Shown here piece by piece: positions 12,101 through 30,085 of a stretch of 64,000 nucleotides of DNA. The DNA comes from Klebsormidium nitens. Taxonomy: Eukaryota > Plantae > Klebsormidiophyceae. The stretch lies in assembly GCA_000708835.1 (NCBI GenBank), contig DF236993.1, positions 186,001-250,000 of the forward strand. The letters run 5' to 3'. The position numbers and the translations under genes were made by a program. The notes beneath the pieces are model-generated. The model had not been told where the DNA came from and searched no databases. It worked only from the letters and a program-made list of their open reading frames with translations. Position 1 is the first letter of the stretch; every line of letters starts with the position of its first letter.

Positions 12101-15100
12101 TGCCAGGTGACGACTCCATGGAGGCGGCTGACGCAGTGCTGACGGGAGCCAAGCCAGCGGAGCACCGCGCGCTGTTTGGCGGCAACAACGACGACCACTT
12201 CCGCATCGGGCTGAAGCTGACGCGCAAGAGCGTCAAGCTGTACGCCGACTTCTACACCTCTGACGTCATCGTCGCGTCACCGCTCGGGCTCACCACGGTA
12301 CGCTCTCCTCCTTCCTTTTACTCTTTTGCAGATGGTCGTCGTTTTACTGGCCGTTGATGCAGCAAAAGCAGTGTGTGCGGGGTTTCTTCCCCTTGAGGCC
12401 GGTTCTTTCCTCGCCATCCCCTTTCTTGTTTGCTACTTCCAGAAGCAAGGTGAAAGGTATAAATCGGTAAAAAGTGAAAGGATCTTGAGCACCAAAGTGC
12501 CTATTCTGTTGCTTTCAGATAGCGTCCGATCTTGCAACGTTCCCGATGCTAAAAGAGACGCAATATGCAAGCGCGGCACGTCTACCTGCGGTGCGGCTTG
12601 CCTCAGGCCTTCCAAGGATTTGCAAGTGCACCGGATTTTTACCGACATTCCTGCGAGCAACTTTTGCGGCTTCGTTGTCCCGTTGCCATCTGGAAGATAC
12701 GTTTGTTTCCGCTCACTAAAATTGCGCCCACTTTAACTCAAGTATGTCCGAATTGCAGTCTTGGTTGGACCCACTTCTCGGACAAGCAAAGTTTGCTGGC
12801 CTCGGATCGTGTTCTGCAGGCGTTGATTTTTGACATAGTGGGAGCCTGACGGGCGGTTTGCATAGGATCAGATCAGTCTCGGTCTGAAAGCCCCAGATTT
12901 ATTGCCATTCCCAAATTTGGGTCTAACTTTGGATCTTGGTTGGCTCTGCTCGTGCAGAGGATTGCCGAAGCCGAGGGGGATAAAGACGCTGACGTGGACT
13001 TCCTGTCGTCCATCGAGGTGGGCGCTTTTTCTAAGCAGAGCAAATCTGTTGCCAAGCATCTCCGAGACGGCTTGAGACCTTTTAGAAGTGGAGGCTCTCG
13101 TTTGGCTTTGCGCTTCGAACCTGCTTGACGGTCAGTTCTAGAGGACGAGTCTCCGAGTATTTCTCACAGCTCAGAGCAAGGCAGTACCAATCATAATTCC
13201 GCCCATTTCCCGAGATAGTTTCAGACGACGAGTCTCTTGCGAGTATATTTCAAGTCCCACAGCAAGGGAGCTAATATCACAATTTTGCCCCTTTCCCGAG
13301 ATACTTGAATGCAAAGTTGATCAAAAATGTTAAGACCTCACCAGAAACAAATCAAGAAGCTATAAGAGGATACGTGACTTTCGCCGCTGGCAGCTGGGGC
13401 AAAAAGCCGCCGCTCGGGCAAAAGTGCACTGGCATTGGCCGAGGAAAGAGGGAAAGCAAACACTGTTGGACAAAGCTGGTTCCTATTCCAACCTTGAAAC
13501 GGCCTTTCGTTTTGGGAACCCCGCTGTGTGCGCAGTCTTTTCTACCCTTGCGCTCTTTTCTTTCGGGCGGATATATCTTTAAAGACGACAAGGCTAGCAC
13601 CTGTGATTAGCGCTTTCTGTTTCCCCATTCGCCAGTCGAGGCCAAAGTATCACCAATCGCTTGCACTTTCTGCAGTCTGCGAGTCTAAGCAGGCACAAGT
13701 GCTAAGAAAAGGGCGTTTGATGTTTCCTTTACAAGCAAGGCTGAAGTCCCAGTTGACCGTTCGATCTGCTGACGTCACTCCTCCCGCTTACAGATCGTGC
13801 TGGTGGACTACGCTGACGTCATCTACATGCAGAACTGGCAGAACCTGGTCCTCGTGTTCGAGCACCTCAACCGGCTGCCCACCAAACAGCACGGGAGCGA
13901 TCTGATGCGCACGCGCGAGTGGTACCTCAACGGCTGGGCCAAGTTTTACCGCCAGACGATTATTCTCGGTGCAACCACGACTGCCGGTATGATCTCATTC
14001 TTGATGTTTCTCTCCCTCCCTCCTTTATACTCCTCCTTTCTTTGATGTTCCTCCTGAAGAAAGCAATATTATAAACGCCTGACACCTCAACGGCTGGGCC
14101 AAGTCTTACCGCCAGACCATCATTCTCGGCGCGACCACAAGTGCCGGTAAGATGTTCTTTTCACAATCCTCTTGAGTCAGGTTTTGAACAGGTTTGTAAA
14201 TTCCTGCCTCAGATGAGCGTGAGTCTGTGTGGCAAAGCGCCTCAACATTAGACCAAATCTTCTCCGTTTGATAGGTTTCAAAGCTTTGACGACGCAAATG
14301 GCCCTATCGTGGAGTTGAGAACCTGCACCTTACAGACAGTGGCAATGATTTCGTTCCCTAAGCATCTCATAGACACACCTGAAAAAGGCACACCATGGCT
14401 TCCGCACTCTTTCTGAATAGACTTCCCGTTCGATACCAACCTTTTTGAGAGAACCACCCTCAACCGCACATGTTATTTTTCTCAGAAATGAACGCGCTAT
14501 TCCACCGGCACTGCTTCAACGCCGCCGGTCGCATCAAGCTGAAGGCGCAATCCCCTGGGGTGCTTTCTAAAGTCATCCCCCGCGTGCGCCAGCTGTTCGA
14601 GCGAGTGCCATGTGGCAGCGCCGGATTGGCCGACGACGCGCGCTTCGACTACTTCACGAAACAGGTGCGCTTGGGAGCTTTCATGAGAGGCGCGCCCTTC
14701 CTAAAGTTTCACGCAAATGCAATTTTCGTTCATCCAAGCAAGCTGTGTGCTTTTAGAAAGCCAGAAGACGTGCGCTTGCGTTGCGCTGAAATCGAGGCGA
14801 GACTGCGTGCGCTGACGTCAGTCAGGGACTTGCGGCGGTGCTTGGGTGCGTTTTGGAGGGGTTCTGCTTTGGAGAAAGGTTTCAGCGGGGCCCTCTGACT
14901 TGAAACATTGGGTTTGCAAGCATCAGACCGTCTGAAGTTGTTGACATGAGTACTTACATGTACACGCGCTCTTTTCTCTCCTTGCCACCCATGTCAGCGC
15001 CACGAGGCGTAACGAACAGTTTGAAACACCTTCGCCTCGCTCCTTCGGTCTCCGACAAAGACGTCAAAGGAAGTGCCTAGGACTCCAGATTTGCGAAGAA

Positions 15101-16333
15101 GAAAGTTCTGACTGCGGATTCTGTCGACCATCGCAACAGTTTTTTCTTATCTCCAGATTTGGTCAAACAGATTCGCACAGGAGTTCTTGGCTGCTAACCA
15201 ATTTCATTATGAGACTTAAGCTTAGGTTGTGAAACAATTAATCGGGCTTTAATCCTGTTCCAAAGCTGGTTCCCGGCCAAGTCCGGCCATTGGACATATA
15301 ACCACTATCTAACCATCCCTTAACCATCCATGGCTACGGGCCAGAAACCCCTGTGATCTGACCACCTTGCAAATCCGCGTTTGCAGGTGTTCCCCCGCAT
15401 CAAGGACTCGGTCCAAGGCGGTGTCCTCATCTTCACGCGCTCCTACTACGACTTCGTCCGCCTGCGCAACTTTCTGCGCACGCAAAACGCCTCGTTCGCC
15501 GCTTTAGGCGACTACACGAAACAGAGCGACATCTCGCGCGGCCGCGCGTGGTTCTTCCACGGGAAGCGCCAGTTTCTGCTGTACACGGAGCGCGCGCACT
15601 TTTACCACCGGTACCGGATCAGGGGGATCAAGGACCTGGTGTTTTACTCCCTCCCGGAGTACCCAAACTACTATGCTGAGGTGAGGTTCTTGGGTTGGGG
15701 GGTTTTGTGGTTTTGTAGCGGTGGAAGGTCAGTTGTTTCGCGTGGATGTGGAGATGATTTTGAGTGGGTTGGAGTCTGGTCTTATGAAAGAGGCCACAAA
15801 GAAGGTCGATGATTTGTTGGAAAAGTTCAAGGTGTGGTCGATGTGAGCCCTCCAAAATTTTGTGTCCGCTTTTACCCCTGCTCGATCACAGATTCCAAAC
15901 CGTGCTTTCTTACGTATCAGCTTATCAGTTCACAGCGTAACGCTCTGGCAGATCTGCACGCGAATGGAGACGTGGCGAGATTTTATGAGCAAACGATGAA
16001 GTATCCATGAAGTGTCCATTCTGCTTGCCAATCCGTTCCGTTCCGTTTGCAGCTTCTGAACCTGCTCGAAGGAACGGACGCCCCGACCTGCACCGCCCTC
16101 TTCGCTCAGCACGGGGATAATCTAGAGGTGGGTCACGCGTAACCCTGTCCAGAGCGCAATCAGAAATGTAGGGCGATTTTGCACTTGGGCGAATCTTCGT
16201 CTCCGAGAAAAGCTTCCCTGCGGTTGATTTCGCTTGAACCAGTCACACTGCTGTGCAGTTGGAGAGGATCGTCGGGACTTCGCGCGCGCGCAAGATGTCC
16301 AAGTCTGAGAACAAGACCTTCATGTTCTGCTAA
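6185..16333 (+). CDS. UTP25: U3 snoRNA-associated protein 25 (DEF/NOF1, DUF1253)
   Basis: Exons 6185-6287, 6658-6811, 7170-7616, 7859-8133, 8831-8937, 9584-9745, 10535-10615, 11352-11451, 12107-12297, 12958-13017, 13794-13986, 14486-14664, 15387-15680, 16053-16127, 16259-16333, with consistent phases. Motifs: [75 protein letters not shown]; long acidic N-terminal region. Confidence 0.95.
9408..9490 (+). repeat. Echo of the UTP25 acceptor at 9583/9584
   Basis: cgcaagcacgctcgc...GCAG|CTGAACCACGTGATCAAG is repeated about 125 bp upstream of the real junction. Confidence 0.85.
11412..11815 (+). repeat. About 2.3 copies of a ~175-185-bp unit spanning the UTP25 donor at 11451/11452
   Basis: gcggaggcgctgct.caaaaggc..agaa...gaagaaaG|GTG.GCGAGC recurs at about 11412, 11595 and 11767. 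Confidence 0.85.
13144..13303. repeat. Intronic ~83-bp degenerate tandem duplication
   Basis: gacgagtctc..gagtat...agcaagg...cccgagata x2. Confidence 0.8.
14084..14151 (+). repeat. Echo of the 3' end and donor of UTP25 exon 13794-13986
   Basis: cctcaacggctgggccaagt.ttaccgccagac.at.attctcgg.gc.accac...tgccG|GTAAG. Confidence 0.9.
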
Positions 16334-17501
16334 GCCACTGCACGGGAATGGTTGAGAGATGTACGCTTCCCGATCCGCTGCCAGACCCCGCGGCGTCGGT
16401 GGGAATTATTGATGCGAGAATCCCAGTTGGATTTTCAGAAGCCGGATTCGGCGGCGAACTTGTGTACCAGCACAAACGTTTCCTTAATGGATTCCATCAA
16501 TGATTGAGGAAACAGGAGCGAGAATCAGAGAGATTGTCTCGGAACAAGATCCTCCAGAAGTGGTGCATACGTGCATCCAATTGAAAACTAAATCAGGCGC
16601 TGTCGAGAAGCCACAAACGGAATCCATATATCTGGCATGTGGTACAAAATGCAAAGATTGCAGTGCCGGCGCCAAACGTCCGGCAAGTCTGTCAAGTGGA
16701 TGAAGGCTTCTCATGCTCTCGTACAGGCCGTGTTGTATGAATAGAGTGTAAGTTGTTCTAGCATGGCTCAGTAGGTACCGTACGCCATGCATGTGCCAGA
16801 CAAATGCATGCAGGCTGGCTAATGATATGCAATTTTTGGCGGTTGCGGTATTCAACGTCTATTCGACAGGGCCACAGCCGCACTTAGTAGTGAGTTGCCG
16901 TGTGGTTGATTGTGACCGCGGCGTCCTCATTTTCTGGATTTATAAGATTATGATTAATCGAAAATGACTATATACCATATCGCGCTAGGGTTGAACAAGT
17001 ATTGAAGGCCTCTGCAGTCTGTATATAATTCAGAGCAGCCGACTCAGCAGTGCGCGTCATTCATGTATGGGCAGTATAACAGTCACAGGTCGATTTTTGC
17101 ACGAAAATACAGATGGTGTGCCTAGTAATACGGCCACTCATACAGTTACATGCCATGATGCAGATTGGGCCAAAGTGCATGAATTGTACATCGAAGGCGG
17201 CCCTTGAATCACCATGACTAAACCTGTGACATCGCATCGAGGCTTGCAGATTGAATAGTCGTCACCTCATCCGCATCCAATCCGGACGCAAACATACACG
17301 GGATACAATGGTCGTACACCCCGTTCGTATGGTTATTTCAAACGACCAATTTCTGTCTGCCTCGGGGCATCACGTCTCTCCAAGACTATTCCCATCCGTG
17401 ATAAAACACTCGTGCCTTAAAACTGGTGCTCAGCGGTCAGAACACCCGCAGGGTTTTCCCGTTCGTACATACAAGCATAGACGACTTGCATGTTTGTCCG
17501 C

Positions 17502-24021
<6,520 letters not shown>

Positions 24022-25264
24022 GATGGAGAACGCCCTTTACAAGAGTTCAGACAGCGCTCTTCTCTGTAATTTGTAAAGCAAGAAACTGTCTTCTCACTGT
24101 CAGTGTCAGACAGAATGTGGGCAGATGCTGATCAAATAAGCTAAAGCTGCAGAGGCTCCCGGTCCCCCCAATACAGGATGGCATTATCCAGAGAACCCCT
24201 TTGGAGGTGTTCAACCGCCGATGAGTTTCATCGACGGTTAAAGATCTTGCCTTTATACCACGTGGTATACTTTTTGTTTGAAATCGCCAGAAGGGGGGTG
24301 CAAGCAACATGACGCCTGCAGCTTGCTCCTGGAAAGAAAGCTCAGGCCTTTTCTTCTCGTTTCAAGCAAGGCAAGAAGCGCCCCATCTTGAGCAGACGGG
24401 CCAGCAGCTTCATTTCATGGGCATGGTTGATTGAATTGTGTGGCCCGATCATGTCCATTGTGGCTGCGAGATTGTCCGCCCGCTCAGGCACGCATCTTGC
24501 TGGCAGCATTGTGCACGACGTGCACAGCAGTGCAAGCCGCTGGTACGTGATGCATCTTAATTTCAACAAAGTTGTCGCTGCGCAGGCAAAGATCTGGAAC
24601 CTGTGCTCTGCTCAGCATGGTTAGAGAGTGAACCTTCGAGGTGTTAGCTTGAAAGCAAGGCTTTGCCCTGAAAGATCTCCAGCCACCAACAGTTCACTTA
24701 GCTCCTGAGTAACCTGATTGCAAGATTGATTAAGTACGTGGATTACTCTTGCAAGTAAGGGATCCAGACTGCGCGCTGCATTGATTCCCCGATTCTTTTG
24801 GTCGCAGGATTCAAAAGCACTTGCCTAGATTCTACAACAGCACTGCTAGGTCAGCCACCAGATCAGTCCCTGTGAGAGCTCCTGTCAGTGGTACCTTCTG
24901 CATTTCGAGGTGGTAAGCTTCTGCAACACCCCAGTTTCAAACCAGGATTCAAATCTAGTGAAAAGGTTGTGCCAATGCACTTCCAGTTTCGCAGACTGCG
25001 ATAAGATTGTCTTGTCTTTGAGTATGAGCTCAGCCCCACGATGCAAAGAAAGTTGTGGAGACCAGTGTCTTCAAGTTTTTAAAAAAAAGGAAAGCTTAAC
25101 AGCAGTAAAACACGAAGGGGACCAACTTCTGTGCATCAGCGCTATCACAGAAAGATCTCACTGTGCTAACGCCACCCTACTGTTCTAGCAGGCTTGTGCG
25201 ACGGACAGAGAAGAAGCTCATCAGATTCAGAGGGGCCTCCGAGTCAACAGAAGCCAAAGCAGAG

Positions 25265-27117
25265 ATGGCCACTCAAACTGGAGGCCTTGTCGCTACTCAT
25301 GGTCCTGATGATTGCATCTTCTGCAAGGTAAGATTGCTTTATTAGCAATTGGAACGTCTGGAGTCTTCAAAAAAGGTCCAATGATCCTCCAAACTTCCCT
25401 TTCCCTCAAAGGCAGAGATGGTCGATGAAGTTCTGGCCGGCTTGACGGCGTCATCATCTGTCCGTCTGTTCCGACCAGGTTCTGATACCCAAACCAGCTC
25501 ACACTTGAATGTCACTTTCTCTTGCAGATTATCCGAGGAGAGCTGCCCTCTTATAAGCTGCTCGAGACAGAGCATGCTGTTGCGTTCCTGGATGGTTTCC
25601 CGATGCGGGAGGGGCATGTTCTCCTAGTCCCTAAGATACATATATCCTTCTGTGCAAACACACGGGGTGCGGAGAAGTTAAAATCTTAAAGCAGTAGACG
25701 CGTTTAGGCTCAACCTTCTCAAATATTCCATGAGGGGGTCTGTACGTGCCTGGTTTTCGATTTGGAGGTGTATGAAACCTCGAAGGACCACTCCCATTCG
25801 ACTGGGAACGACTTACTGCAGCTTCACCGTAGAGAACTGGAACTCTGTGATCTCCAAAATTGTGTTATAGTTTGAGGCTCTAGTAGGCTGCCAGCTCAGC
25901 AAGCTCTGTAAGCTCTCTCGAAGTTGAGTTTGTTAGAATTCGAAGCTTCGTTCAACTTCGGAACTCTGTTAAGGTTCGAAGGTCGTGTGAGCCTGAGGTC
26001 AGAATACTCCACTCCAAAGCATTTCTGACAGCAAGCCCCCACTTCATCCTTGACTTTCGCGCACGCTCCCTTCATCACGGACCTCTCTCCGGAAGATGCA
26101 GCGCAGTCGCTGAAAGAGCTGCCTCGCGTTGCCCAGGCCGTGCAGAAGGCATACGGTGCTGAAGGCATCTCAGTAGCCCAGGTGAGGAAGGCTGCCTTCA
26201 ATCGAGGGCACCACCGGTCGTAGGCCGTGCCCTCTCAGACAGTTTTTTCCGCTTCTTGCGCACTCTTCGCCCTCAAACCTCCTTTCCCGCTTCTCCGTGC
26301 AGCTTTGCAAATCATTTCCTTTCTTCTCGATGCGGTTTGTTCCGGGACTGAATTGCATCACAGAAGCGCAAAGAAACGGGCGCACAGGGTCAGATGAGCG
26401 AGGAACTAGATCGAGGATCGTTTGCGGCTCTGACCGAGCGAAGATCTGTGCAGAATAACGGAGCGCCAGCGGGGCAGGTCGTCTTCCACGTCCACTTCCA
26501 CATATTCCCCAGGGAACAAGGAGACGGTGAGACAACCGCCCCCGAACGGTTTACTATCCTGCCAACGCGGATCTATGACTTCGGGCTCAGATTTTGACGT
26601 TTTCCTGCTATGAAAGCAACCAGAACGGCGAGCTTACAGTCCATCCTCTTGAAGGTTCAACCTGACTAGGTTGTAACCGCTCGTGTCTAGCCGACATCTG
26701 GTACAAGCTTAGAGGCACGTTTCGGCGACTGCGTTGATGTCAGATTGTGAAGGCGGCTGCGAGGCCGAGTTTCTGTGGAGATCTAAAGATTGTGCTAAGG
26801 GTCTTTCAGAATTTGTCTGCGTCCAGTGGGAGATCAACATTCTTGTCCCTTTCGCGTGCGGGGTCCGGTTGTCGGCAGACCACATCTCTCTACCCTTCGC
26901 TTGTCCTAGAAACGATCGAGGGAGGTCGCTACTTATGAATCCACTGCCGTGTCATCGGAGCAGCTTCCCCGTTTTTGTCGATGGGATTTCGTGTTCACTG
27001 CGTGCTCGCGTGATGTGTGCTCGTGCAGGGTTGTTGAAATGGTCACAGGGGTCAAAGAGCATGCTGGCTCCGGATGAGGCCAAGCGGGTCCAAGAGAAGA
27101 TCAGGAAGCATGTGTGA
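25265..27117 (+). CDS. Histidine triad (HIT/HINT3-like) nucleotide-binding hydrolase
   Basis: Exons 25265-25327, 25528-25641, 26065-26181, 26454-26526, 27029-27117 give DCIFCKIIRGELPS, AFLDGFPMREGHVLLVPKIH, QNNGAPAGQVVFHVHFHIFPR (HxHxH triad). Confidence 0.93.
25642..26064 (+). other. U12-type (minor spliceosome) AT-AC intron
   Basis: 5' ATATCCTTC; branch TCCTTGAC at 26047-26054; terminal AC at 26063-26064, 11 nt from the branch A. Splicing restores KIH|APFITDL in frame. Confidence 0.9.
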
Positions 27118-28130
27118 ACTGGCCGCCGTTCGAACCTAGTGTACTAAGGAGTTCAGAAACCGCAATTGCCTATTTATTGACAGGAGCAGCACGGCGCTCA
27201 AGGAATCAAACGGCTTTTGTATCATGAGCGAGCAGTGCCAGTAGCCTAATTTGGACCGGGAGTAAACGTAGAGATTGTGAGTGGAAACCGAATGTAGCAA
27301 AAGTCTAGATACGAAGGCCGCTGTATAGAGCTGTACACATACCAGACTTGAAAGGATCCGGGGACCAACATTCATGACGTATCTACGGTAGGCTTAACAT
27401 GCATGGAACGTAAAGCCATCGGCCCACGTACGGCAGGCATGAAATTGCCATGGTGGCGGCGCCATGCACACGACGGTAGAAATCTTCTGGCACAACATGC
27501 ATGCGATCAGGACGCAAGAGCGCACCTTCCAATGAGTCAAGGTCTCTATATGTATGTATGCTGATGCATACGCACTGATACGTTTATGCATAAGCAGGCT
27601 CACGTTCTGCTCAACATGCTGTAAATATGCCCTGCAGTCCAGCTCCATGACACGTACCATTTGGGTATGCCTTGTCTCACCCAGCGCTCCACATATGTCA
27701 CCGAAATCTACAGGATGATTTCGTGCAGAAATCATAGGCGGGTATGTCTACTGAGTATCGTCCGTACGATTTGCCTCGAATTCGAAAAGTGCATTTCAGC
27801 ATACCGTCCCTTTCAAAATCTATCGCCTTTTCATCTAGTTGCAGCGCACAAATCCACCGTTTTAAGATAGTCACTGCCTAATTGGAGTATTCTTGTTCGA
27901 ACGGTCAGATTGAGCCAGGATCTTATGTATGTTCTCATAGCCCCATGCGTATCCAAAGGCGATGTATCGAATTCAAAAACTACAGTATCTTGTTCCGTGG
28001 AAGCACAACACGATGGCCGCGCCCGACCCACCCAGTCAACCAGCTTGCTTGACGCTGGTCACAAAGTGACGCTATTGACAAGTGGACTCTCGACCGCGGT
28101 CATTCAACTGGCCCTAGACTGTCTCGCTGG

Positions 28131-30085
28131 CTAATAACCCCGTCGAAGGAGCTCGTTTGCTAGCGACTCCGTCGCGGCCGCTGCCTTAGCTGCTGCCGCT
28201 GTTCGTCCATTGTAGCTGCAAGGGCACGACTGGTACATTGGGAGGGATGTCCGAGCAGACGGGCAAAGCTGCGTATAATCTTTTTCGCAGACTCAGACTC
28301 TCACTTAGCGCTCAAATCTAGATCGAAGTTGTGGATACGACGCGAAGTTGTGGATTCAGATGCATAGCGCATCACGGAGCGGAAAGCCTTTCAGTTAGAT
28401 CCACGACATTTCGATCTTTTGACGTACGTAAGTTGCCTGCCCTGATGGGCAGCAGCTTTCCAGCAAAACCAGGTCGAAATAGCTAGGAAGCGGAGATGAC
28501 GTAAGAAGGGTTAAAGTCACCACTTTTCCCGGTGTTGTGAAGACGTGATGTCGAGGTTACGTAAAAGTAGAAACAAGGATCGCACATGTGGCAACTCTAA
28601 ATCTTGGTCGCTAGGAGCGGACCGTCTCCCGAAGTCCTTGAAGGCAGTCCCCATTTGATCCTGCAAATTTGCAAGCAGGACAGCAGAGAAGCAGACAAGC
28701 AGAAAAGAAGCAGAAAAGATAAGCGTACGGCGACGAGGAAAGCTGGAAACAAGAAAGAAAGCTCACGCGCCCAAGACGACGGTGCTTCCCGTGGGGACCA
28801 GTATCAACCCGGCGCCCGTGAGGCTGCTGACGCTCCTCGCGTGGTATAGTCGCTCAGAGGTGTTCGTCACAAGGTCTATAGAAAAGAGAGAGGAGCTTTC
28901 AACGTTACTCAAGAACCAGTAAAAAGGCTGCTGAAATTTCTGGCTTGATACAGTCGCTCAGAAGGTTGTCACGAGGTCCTAAAAACCATACACGACAAGA
29001 GGAAGGAGCCTCAAAATTACTCAAGAACCAGTGAAAAGGCTGCTGACGTTCCTGGCGTGTTCCAACCGCTCAGAGGTTGTTCGTCACAAGGTCTACAGAG
29101 ATACAAGAGAGGGAGAAGCCTTCAGGCATAATCCGTGTAAGGATTGAAAGAAGTGGTTGGTACGAGGTCTACAACGACAAGAGGAGGAACACTCGAGAAC
29201 GAGTTTGTGAGAACGAACCGAAAGCGTTGGACACAAGGTCTGGAAGGGACGAGGGACGAAAGGGCCACCAGAGTGTTTAAAGGCACGTGTCTGGAATGAT
29301 CGGCAAAAGAAGAAGGTTGTGTGCAATCGCTCGGCTACAGGTGTCCCGCCTGCTGCTCTCAAGCAGGAAAGGTGGAGCCAGAGAGAAGATTTGAAAGTAC
29401 GCTGCAAGGCCAATTGAAAAGAGGAGAGGACCTTTAAGCGCGCACCGAAATAAAAAGGCGTCCGAAATGGATCTATCACTTGATAGCAGCATTTCAACCC
29501 GCATGCATGCGTCTAACTAACAAGCTGACGACGTACAATCTGATGGAGGGTTTTGAATGAGAAGCAAGTGAACGACGTGGAGTTGCGACGGCGAAAGCAG
29601 AGACCAATTCTTAGAACGCATCGTGATCACAATCTGGGTATACGCGAAGCGGCTACTAAACAGTTTCACCAAGAAGCCTTGCAAGTGGAAGGGCATGGCG
29701 AATTTATCATTTTTAAGGGGAGGGCCAAGTAGCAGAAGAAGAAACGCAGAAATCGGACGGAGATGAAACATCATCCTAGCTCAGGTTCAAAGCTGCCATC
29801 ATGATCAGAGTGCTCTGCTCGCTGAACAACATTGAAAAGATTGCCCTGGTATCCCCAAAGTCAAACCACTGTCAAACCAATTTGTCAGAGGCCTTGTCAC
29901 AGGAAGTTAGGACCTTGTCAACGTCAAGGGTTTGCCAGAATTAAGGACATGAAGATTTGAACAATAGGCACTCACACTGCTGATTAGCCACTTCCAAATA
30001 GTCCTCGTGGAGGTGCTCCTCTGTCACCGCAGAGATGATGGAGCGTGCGCTAGCGAGCTTAAGCGTCAGTCCCTCCTGAGCGTGA
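28131..30085 (-). CDS. Divergent profilin-like protein (three 3' exons; 5' exons unresolved)
   Basis: Exons 30085-29976, 28875-28767, 28215-28131 have strong polypyrimidine-AG and GTGAG sites and compatible phases. Product: HAQEGLTLKLASARSIISAVTEEHLHEDYLEVANQQYLVTNTSERLYHARSVSSLTGAGLILVPTGSTVVLGAYNGRTAAAAKAAAATESLANELLRRGY*. By eye it follows the profilin pattern GxxLxGxxY...GxxxVxTxxxxxxGxYN...ExLAxYLxxxGY. Confidence 0.65.
28822..29260 (-). repeat. Degenerate ~105-112-bp tandem array copying the acceptor and 5' part of exon 28875-28767
   Basis: On the + strand the units start at 28822, 28926 and 29038 (ggctgctga...gctcaga..gtcac.aggtc), with weaker remnants to about 29260. Confidence 0.85.

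Noticed and set aside
28822-29260. Repeat array as a CRISPR-like or satellite system
   Set aside because: There are no unique spacers between conserved repeats; the units are decayed copies of an exon acceptor.
29287-29349. Possible extra 63-nt exon (CGTPVAERLHTTFFFCRSFQT) in the profilin-like gene
   Set aside because: The phases fit, but the donor is weak and direct 29976->28875 joining gives the better profilin match (QQYLVT).
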